Source of the DNA: an uncultured Acidobacteriota bacterium
GTDB lineage: Bacteria; Acidobacteriota; Thermoanaerobaculia; UBA5066; Gp7-AA6
Reading direction: 5' to 3'
Assembly (NCBI GenBank): GCA_963738945.1
Contig: CAVTYD010000002.1
Span: forward strand, 911,027-975,026
DNA: 64,000 nucleotides
The first letter of the stretch is position 1. Each line of letters opens with the position of its first letter. The notes below the pieces were generated by a model that saw only the letters and a list, made by a program, of their open reading frames with translations, was not told where the DNA came from and made no database searches. Shown here piece by piece: positions 57,313-64,000 of the stretch. Position numbers and translations under genes: made by a program.

Positions 57313-58933
57313 ATGAGCACCCCCGCGACCACCGCCGGTTTCCGCGGGTCTCTGTCGGAGACCCCGCTTCCGCAGGTCCTGCGCCGGATATTTCTCGAGA
57401 CCCTGAAGGGCACGCTTTCGCTGGTCCACGGCGACGAGACGCGACACCTGTTCTTCGAGAAAGGCGAGCTGCGGACGGCCACCTCGTCGCGCGAGGGACA
57501 GCGGATCGGAGCCTTCCTCAAGCGGCGCGGCTGGATCACGGACACCGACCTGAACTGGGCGCTCGAGACCGTGACGAAGCAGGGAAGGGCGCGGCTCGGC
57601 AAGATCCTGATCGAGCGAGGCCTCGTCTCCCGCACGGTCCTCGACGCCGAGATGCGGCGCCTCGTCGAGGAGATCGTCTTCTCGACGTTTGCCTGGGACA
57701 GCGGCGAGTACAAGTTTCAGGCGTCACAGGGAGTCCTCGACCCGGACGTCGCCCTGACGCTCTCGACCGCGGCCGTCATCGTCGAGGGGCTTCGGCGGCT
57801 GCCGGAGAGCGACCTCTTCCGGGAGCGGCTCGGCGACGGACACCGTGTGCCGATGCTCGCCACCGACCCGATGTCCCGATACCAGTACCTGCCGCTCGCT
57901 CCGCAGGAGGCGTACCTGCTCTCCCGGATCGACGGCATTCTCGACGTCGATTCGCTGCTCAAGATCGCGGGCACGTCCCGCGGCGGCGATGGCGAAGATT
58001 CTCTATGCGCTGGTTTCGTGCGGCATCGTCGAATGGAAGCAGGACGGCGTCCAGCGCCCGGCCAGCGGACGCGGCGGCTTCCACGGACTGAACGTCGAGG
58101 TTTCGGCGGCTCCGGCCGAGCGGTCCCCGGGCCACGCGGAGCTCGTCAAGAACACGTACCGCCGGATCGACTGGCTCACGCATTACGAGCTGCTCGGCGT
58201 CACGCGCGAAGCGTCGCCGGAGAAGATTGCGGAGGCTTACTTCGAACGCAGCCGCCTCTTTCACCCGGACCTGCGCCATCGCGAGGACCTCGCGCGTTTC
58301 GAGAAGGAGCTGACGGCCGTCTTCGAACGTATGAAGAAGGCGTACGAATCCCTCTCGGACCCGGAGAAGCGGGCCCTCTACGACCAGAGCCTCGATGCGG
58401 CTCCGTCGCCGGTGGTCAACGCGGAGGCCGACCCGGAGATGCGCAAGAAGCTCGCGGCTCAGAACTTCCGGCGAGCGAAGGCAGCTCATCGACGACAAGG
58501 ACTATCACCCGGCCGTCGAGATGCTGCGGGAGGCCGTGCGCTTCGTGCCCGACCACGCCGAATATCGCTACATCCTTTCGCAGGTCGAGCTCAAGAATCC
58601 CGAACTGGATCGGATCAGGGCCTGTCGAACCTCAAGGAGGCGGCGCGGCTCGACAGCCGCCGTGTCGCCTTCTCGGTGGAAGCGGCCCGGGCCCTCCTCG
58701 ACCACAAGCGGGCGCACGAGGCGGAACCGTTCGCCCGGCGCGCCGTGTCGCTCGATCCCTCTCCCGAAAACGAGGCGCTCCTCCAGCGGGCGGTGGAGGC
58801 GCAGGCCGGATCGCCGGCCGCGTCGGAGACGGAAACCGCCGTCTCCTCGGACGAGTCCGCTCCGGCCGCCGACGAGGGAGCGCCGCAAGCCCCGCAGCCG
58901 GGTCTGCTCTCGCGCCTCTTCCGACGCGGTTGA
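57313..58933 (+). pseudogene. DUF4388 - J-domain (DnaJ) - TPR protein, interrupted by three frameshifts as assembled
   Basis: Frame A has the DUF4388 part (LSETPLPQVLRRIFLETLKGTLSLVHGDETRHLFFEKGEL). Frame B has the J domain (HYELLGV...LFHPD...AYESLSDPEKRALYD). Frame C has a TPR helix (LIDDKDYHPAVEMLREAVRFVPDHAEYRY). The reading then returns to frame B. Confidence 0.75.
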
Positions 58934-59529
58934 CCGCGATCCTCACCGGCCTCGGCCTTTCGGCCTCCGCCGGACTGAACGCCTGGGCGATCCTGCTGCT
59001 CTTCAACGGGCTCTATCTCCTGCAGCCGCTCGAGTTTCCCGGCACGACCGCGCCGCTTCTCTCCAGCCACTTCGCGCTGACGGCGGCCCTGGTCCTTTTT
59101 CTGGCGGAATTCGTCGCCGACAAGATTCCGATCGTGGACCACCTCTGGAATCTGCTTCAGACGGTCCTGCGCCCGGTCGTCGGGGCGATGTTGACGCTCG
59201 CGGCCGTGCCGGAGACCTCCACGGTTCCTAGAATCGGCCTGGCATTCGCCGGAGCGGCGGCGACGCTGGCAACGCACCTGGTGAAGTCGACCACGAGACT
59301 GACCTCCACCGCCGCCACGCGCGGTCTCGCGCAGCTTGCGGTCTCCCTGGCCGAAGACGCCTTCGCGGTCACGCTCGGTGCGCTCGTGTTCTTCGTGCCA
59401 TGGTTCACGGCGATCCTGATCGGCGCACTCGCCTTTCTCTTGCTTCTCGAGCGGCGGAGGGTGGTCCACGCCCTGGGGGTCCTCTTTTTCCGGCTCAAGC
59501 ATCCGCGCCGACTGCTCGGCAAAGCCTGA
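58930..59529 (+). CDS. DUF4126 family membrane protein
   Basis: TTG at 58930 (TTGA overlap). Translation GLGLSASAGLNAWAILLL...AEFVADKIPIVDHLWN is typical of DUF4126. Confidence 0.72.
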   Translation: MTAILTGLGLSASAGLNAWAILLLFNGLYLLQPLEFPGTTAPLLSSHFALTAALVLFLAEFVADKIPIVDHLWNLLQTVLRPVVGAMLTLAAVPETSTVPRIGLAFAGAAATLATHLVKSTTRLTSTAATRGLAQLAVSLAEDAFAVTLGALVFFVPWFTAILIGALAFLLLLERRRVVHALGVLFFRLKHPRRLLGKA

Positions 59530-59554
59530 GGTTCCGGAGAAGCCGCTCCGCGTG

Positions 59555-59560
59555 TAGAAT
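59555..59560 (+). promoter_or_regulatory. putative -10 box (GTGTAGAAT) for RNase P RNA
   Basis: TAGAAT lies 10 nt upstream of the predicted P1 5-prime end. The same GTGTAGAAT string occurs at 44713..44721 upstream of rplY. Confidence 0.45.
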
Positions 59561-59570
59561 GGCCGTGGCT

Positions 59571-59966
59571 CCGAGCGGGCCACGTGATCGCTCCGGACTC
59601 CTTTTAACGAGAAGTCCGGGGAGGAAAGTCCGAACTCCACACGGGCGGCATGCCGGGTAACCCCCGGTCGCGGCGACGCGAAGGAAAGTGCCACAGAGAA
59701 CAGACCGCCTTCCGAAAGGACGGCAAGGGTGAAACGGTGCGGTAAGAGCGCACCGCTCCGCCGGCAACGGCGGGGGCACGGTAAACCCCATGCGGAGCAA
59801 GGCCAAATAGGGAGACAGTGGGCGCCCGTCCCGCCTCACACGTCGTGAGCTGTCTCCGGGTCGGCTGCTCGAGCCCGAGGGCGACCTCGGGCCCAGAGGA
59901 ATGATCGCGGCCTCGGCCGGGGAGACCCGCCGGGGTACAGAATTCGGCTTATCGGCCCGCTCGGAG
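59571..59966 (+). ncRNA. rnpB: RNase P RNA, bacterial type A
   Basis: Universally conserved blocks GGAGGAAAGTCCGAAC (P4), GTGCCACAGAGAA, GGTGAAACGGTGCGGTAAGAGCGCACC, GGTAAACCCCATGCGGAGCAAGGCCAAATAGG and ACAGAATTCGGCTTATCGG. P1 pairing is CCGAGCGGGCC with GGCCCGCTCGG. Confidence 0.93.
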
Positions 59967-59984
59967 CTCTTCGAAGGCCGACTG

Positions 59985-60917
59985 ATGCCGCCGCTTCATT
60001 CTCCTCCGCCGCTGAAGCGCGGCGCCACGATCGGTGTCGCCGCGATCTCCGGCCCCGTGGATCCCGTCCGGCTCGCGCGGGGCGTTTCGAGCCTGGAGCG
60101 GCGCGGTTATCGCATCGTCCTCGCCTCGAACGCGGCGGCGCGGCGGGGTTTTCTCGCGGGCTCCGATTCCGAGCGCTCCGAAGGCTACCGGGAGCTCGTC
60201 CGGCGGCCGGACGTCGAGGCGATCTTTTTTGCGCGGGGCGGCTACGGCGCCTCCCGCATACTCGGCCTCCTCGACGCGGACGAGATCCGGGAGCGCCCGC
60301 GCATCCACCTCGGCGGATCCGACCTGACCGCGTTCTTCGCCTTCCTGTCGCGGAATTGCCGCCTCGCGGCCTACTACGGGCCCATGGTCGCCGTCTCGAT
60401 GGCGGAGGAGGAGGGCCTGGATTGGGAGCGCGTTCTCTGCGGCCAGCCGCCCTCGTCCCATCGATTCGCCGATTCGGAGATCCTCGCCGGCGGCCGCGGC
60501 GAAGGCCCTCTGACGGGAGGCTGCCTCTCGATCCTCGCGTCGCTCTGCGGCACGCCTGAAGCCGTCTCCGGGCGCGGAGCCGTGTTGTTCTGGGAGGATG
60601 TGGGCGAGGACACATACCGGCTCGACCGAATGTTGACCCAGCTGGAGCGGTCGGGTACATTCGACGGACTGCAAGCCATGGTCATCGGCTCGATTTCGCC
60701 CGGCGTGCGCGGCGGCGAGTCTCCGGAAGCCGTCGCCGCATGGCTGCACGACTACTTCTCAGGGGCTCCGTTCCCCGTCGTTTGCGGCTTTCCGGCGGGA
60801 CATCTCGCCCGGACGCGGACCCTCCCGCTCGGGGGGCGGGTCCGCGTGGACGCGTCGAAGGGACTCCTCGAGTTCGTCGGCCCGGCCGAGGCCGAGGAGA
60901 CGGCGTGCCGTCCGTGA
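59985..60917 (+). CDS. ldcA: LD-carboxypeptidase (peptidase S66, LdcA-like)
   Basis: Inner ATG at 59985 of ORF 59901..60917; the upstream part of that ORF overlaps rnpB. Translation IGVAAISGP...FFARGGYGASR...GGSDLTA...FPAGH is typical S66. Confidence 0.83.
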   Translation: MPPLHSPPPLKRGATIGVAAISGPVDPVRLARGVSSLERRGYRIVLASNAAARRGFLAGSDSERSEGYRELVRRPDVEAIFFARGGYGASRILGLLDADEIRERPRIHLGGSDLTAFFAFLSRNCRLAAYYGPMVAVSMAEEEGLDWERVLCGQPPSSHRFADSEILAGGRGEGPLTGGCLSILASLCGTPEAVSGRGAVLFWEDVGEDTYRLDRMLTQLERSGTFDGLQAMVIGSISPGVRGGESPEAVAAWLHDYFSGAPFPVVCGFPAGHLARTRTLPLGGRVRVDASKGLLEFVGPAEAEETACRP

Positions 60918-61702
60918 AAGCCGTTTTCAAATCGGGGCCGGGAGGCGGCGGGAAGAACCCCTACGAGAAGTATCTCGTCAGCCATCTGATGGGCGACATC
61001 ATCTTCTCCGAGGGCGACATCGGGACCGACATGTACATCATCCAGTCCGGGACGGTGGAGCTCCTGAAGTCGATCGGCGGCGAGACGCGCGCGCTGTCGA
61101 CGCTCGAGAAGGGCGACTTCTTCGGTGAGATGAGCGTGCTCGAGGACGTCCCGCGCTCGGCCTCGGCCCGCGCCAAGACCGACGTGGAGCTCGTGCGGAT
61201 CAATGGGGCCACGTTCGACGCGATGCTGAAGAGCAATACGGAGATCGCGGTGCGCATGATGCGCAAGCTCTCGCGCCGGCTGCGCGAGGTCACTGCGATG
61301 CTCGAGGAGGCGGTCGGGCGCCGCGTTCCGGAGGAAGAGAAGCCCGCTCCGCGCCGGGTGGCTCCGGAGCAGAACGCGTGCCGGCTCGTCTGCGACGACC
61401 CGACGGCCGAGTTCTTCCTGAACCGCGAGGGCGACACCCTCGTCGGCCGCAGCGACCCCGTCACGGGGATCACTCCCGACGTGGATCTCACTCCGCTCGA
61501 CCCGCAGCGCTCGACGTCGCGCCGCCACGCCAAGCTCTACCAAATGAGCGATACGTACTACGTCATGGAAGAGATCGGCGTGATGAACGGGACCTACGTC
61601 AACGGCAACCGGCTCACGACCGGGGTTCCCATCGCGGTCCGGAACGGCGACGTTCTCAAGTTCGGCCTCGTCTCGATGACCTTCCACGCCCCCGCGAGCT
61701 AG
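60914..61702 (+). CDS. cyclic-nucleotide-binding domain / FHA domain fusion protein
   Basis: GTG at 60914 (GTGA overlap). cNMP-binding core GDFFGEMSVLEDVPRSASARA. C-terminal FHA motifs LVGRS...TSRRHAKL...NGTYVNGNRL. Confidence 0.8.
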   Translation: MKAVFKSGPGGGGKNPYEKYLVSHLMGDIIFSEGDIGTDMYIIQSGTVELLKSIGGETRALSTLEKGDFFGEMSVLEDVPRSASARAKTDVELVRINGATFDAMLKSNTEIAVRMMRKLSRRLREVTAMLEEAVGRRVPEEEKPAPRRVAPEQNACRLVCDDPTAEFFLNREGDTLVGRSDPVTGITPDVDLTPLDPQRSTSRRHAKLYQMSDTYYVMEEIGVMNGTYVNGNRLTTGVPIAVRNGDVLKFGLVSMTFHAPAS

Positions 61703-61738
61703 CCGACGAGTCTCGCGCCGCCGCCCTCGCACGTCCCT

Positions 61739-63771
61739 CTGCGCCTGCGCGACCCGGTCTCGCGGATTCCCGGAGTCGGGCCGGCGCGGGCCGACAAGCT
61801 GGCGGCGGAAGGGTTTCGGACGGTCGGCGATTTCCTGCTGTCGCTTCCGTTCCGCTACGAGGACCGCCGGAATTTCGCGACCGTCGGCGGGCTCGAGTGG
61901 GGACGCCCGGCGACCGTGCTCGTGCGCTTCCAGGGCGTGCGCTCCGTGCGCATGCGCCGGGGCACCCTCCGCGTCGAAGCCGTGGCGGCGGACGAGACGG
62001 GGTCGGTTCGCGTCGTCTGGCACAACCGCTATCCCTCGTTCGTCAAGGCGCTCGCCGGCTCCCGCGCCGCGCTCTACGGCGTCCCGGAGGCCTCCTCCCG
62101 CGGCGAGATGCGCATCGAGAACCCCGAGACGGAGTTCATCGCGGCGGGCGAGGAAGCCGATCCCGTCCACTCGGGTCGGATCGTCGGGATCTACCACCGC
62201 GCCGCCGACGTCTCGCCGCGCCTGTGGCGCACGTTCGCCCGGCGTGCCCTCGATCGGCTCGAGACCGGCTTCGAGTCGGCGGCAGGCGATCCCGCCGCGA
62301 TCCGCGAGGCCCTCGAGGAGGTCCACTTCCCCTCCTCCGCGGAGGCGGCCGAGGCGTCGCGCCGGCTCCTGGCCCGCGAAGAGCTGGTCGTGCTGGCGGC
62401 CGGCATCGAGGAAAAGCGCGCGCAGGCTGCACGCGCGCCGCGGCGTCGTGCTCGCCGCGGACGAGGCCCTGCGCGAGAGAGCGCGCCGGGCCGTTCCCTT
62501 CTCGCCTGACCGGAGCCCAGAAGCGCGCGATCCGCGAGATCGCCGCCGACCTGGCCTCGGGACGGGCGATGGCCCGGCTGCTCCAGGGCGACGTCGGGTC
62601 GGGAAAGACGGTCGTCGCGGGCCTGGCCTTGCTCCTCGCCGCGGGCAGGCGGGTCCAGGGCGCCCTGATGGCTCCGACGGAGATCCTCGCCGAACAGCAT
62701 GCCGAGAGCCTCGCGTCCTGGCTGACCGCCGCGGGTGTGCGGCTCGCGCTCCTGACCGGGCGCGTCCGAGGGGAGGCCCGGCGCCGCCTGCTCGCCGAGC
62801 TGTCGAGCGGCCGCATCGACATTCTCGTCGGCACCCACGCGCTCGCGGAGGCGCCGGTCGCATTCCGCCGCCTGGGACTCGTCGTCGTGGACGAGCAGCA
62901 TCGTTTCGGCGTGGCGCATCGCGCACGCCTCTTCCGCAAGGGCGACGTGCCCCACGTGCTCGTCATGACCGCGACGCCGATTCCCCGCTCGCTCGCATGG
63001 GCGATCTACGGGGAGCTCGACGTCTCGGTGCTCGACGAGAAGCCGCCCGGCCGGGGAGAGATCCTGACGCGGGTCCGGGACGAGGAGGCCCGAGAGAAGG
63101 TGTACCGGTTCGCCGGCGAGCGTGCCGCGGCGGGCGAGAGGATCTACGTCGTGGTTCCGGCCATCGAGGAGGGCGAGCGGGAGGTCGCCGCCACCCGCGA
63201 CACGGCCGAGCGGCTCGCCGCGGTCCTTCCCTCCGTGCGGATCGGCGTCCTGCACGGAAGGATGCCGGCGCCCGAGCGCACCGCCGTGCTTCGGGACTTT
63301 GCGAGCGGCAGGATTCCGATTCTCGTCTCGACGACGGTCGTCGAGGTCGGCGTGGACGTCCCGGAGGCGACGCTCATGATCGTCGAGAACGCCGAGGTCT
63401 TCGGCCTCGCCCAGCTCCACCAGCTGCGCGGTCGGGTGGGCCGAAGCGGCCGCAAGTCGTGGTGCGCCCTCATCGTCGGACGCGGAGCGACGCCCGAGGC
63501 CCGGGCTCGCCTCGCGGTCCTCGAGGCGACGTCGGACGGGTTCGTCATCGCGGAGAAGGACCTCGAGGCGCGCGGGCCGGGCGACCTCCTCGGCAGCCGG
63601 CAATCGGGGCTGCCGGCGATGCGCGTGGCCGATCCGGTCCGCGATCTGGCCGCCCTCGGCGAGGCGCGCCGCCACGTCGCGGCTTCGAGGGAGAGCGGCC
63701 GGCCTCTCGGTGCGCAGCGACCTGTTCGGCTTTCCGTAGACGGCATCGGTCGGCGCTCGAGATGCTCGTGA
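61739..63771 (+). pseudogene. recG: ATP-dependent DNA helicase RecG, interrupted by two +1 frameshifts as assembled; no canonical start codon
   Basis: Wedge-domain N-terminus (IPGVGPARADKLAAEGFRTVGDFLLSLPFRYEDRR) is in frame X. VVLAADEALRERARRAVPFS is in frame X+1. The helicase core (GDVGSGKT, VVDEQHRFG, TATPIPRS, QLRGRVGRS) is in frame X+2. Confidence 0.85.
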
Positions 63772-63799
63772 TACGAAGCGCCGACCACGGAGGAGTCCG

Positions 63800-64000
63800 A
63801 TGAAGGTACTCGTCACCGGCGGGACCGGCTTCGTCGGGACACACCTCGTCAACCGGTTGCTGCATCGGGGGCACGCGGTCGCGGTCCTCGCCCGGGATTC
63901 GCGGAAGACCCGAAACCGCTACAACCGCCCGGTCGAGACGGTTCGCGGGCGACGTGCTCGATCCCTCGACGCTCGTACCGGCGACGGCGGGCCGCGACGC
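63800..64000 (+). CDS. NAD-dependent epimerase/dehydratase family protein (partial; apparent +1 frameshift near 63946)
   Basis: ATG at 63800 after GGAGGAG. Rossmann motif MKVLVTGGTGFVGTHL. After VETVRG the expected GDVLDPSTLVPATAGRD continues in the +1 frame. Confidence 0.7.
   Translation, partial: MKVLVTGGTGFVGTHLVNRLLHRGHAVAVLARDSRKTRNRYNRPVETVRGRRARSLDARTGDGGPRR

Noticed and set aside
60752-63852. Long minus-strand ORFs (60752..62926, 724 aa; 62191..63852, 553 aa)
   Set aside because: They are antisense to the cNMP/FHA gene and recG, and are low-complexity Arg/Pro/Gly-rich sequence with no recognisable domain.

Overview
High-GC (roughly 70% by eye) bacterial chromosomal segment, densely packed with about 60 mostly housekeeping genes. 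I saw no transposase, integrase, CRISPR array or recognisable defence system. All calls rest on motif recognition in the ORF translations; no database search was possible. Because GC is so high, most long ORFs in the track are antisense or out-of-frame shadows, including a stop-free 9 kb ORF at 13798..22857. Many real genes are only the 3-prime part of a listed ORF, so I trimmed starts accordingly.

Gene content, left to right:
- acnA (partial)
- a complete ALA-to-uroporphyrinogen III operon (ccsA-like, hemA, hemC, hemD, hemB, hemL)
- a POT peptide transporter
- an envelope cluster (TPR protein, acyltransferase-3, GT39-like glycosyltransferase)
- purA, then hutH and hutU
- a 1303-aa NtrY-like sensor kinase with a translationally coupled 497-aa unknown protein
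- a DUF465-psd-pssA operon
- rimI and tsaB
- mutS and nagZ
- DUF1330 and ssb
- membrane proteins, murJ and dtd
- an M50 protease
- two paralogous MshEN-domain proteins flanking an HU/IHF gene
- TPR, LolB-like lipoprotein, ispE, spoVG, tRNA-Gln
- a PKD-domain protein
- prs, rplY, pth, rpsF, rpsR, DUF2232, rplI
- PBP1A, uvrB, uvrC
- two DUF4388 proteins and a DUF4126 protein
- RNase P RNA
- ldcA, a cNMP-binding/FHA protein, recG and a partial epimerase

Main observations:
1. An orphan pair of predicted c-di-GMP receptors (MshEN plus a GAF-like domain, no ATPase) brackets an HU/IHF gene.
2. Four genes (psd, pth, recG and a TPR protein) have conserved N-termini that no ATG, GTG or TTG can encode. 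They appear to need CTG starts, two of them in CTGA stop-start overlaps. About 20 NTGA overlaps occur in the window overall.
3. Nine apparent single-nucleotide indels break rplY, uvrC, a DUF4388-DnaJ gene, recG and the epimerase. All lie in the right-hand 20 kb and most are removable by deleting one G or C. Assembly error and true pseudogenisation cannot be separated from sequence alone.
4. A structured intergenic repeat of about 65 nt is present three times and carries one compensatory stem substitution.
5. TAGAAT-type -10 boxes sit 6-9 nt upstream of several start codons, suggesting leaderless transcripts.
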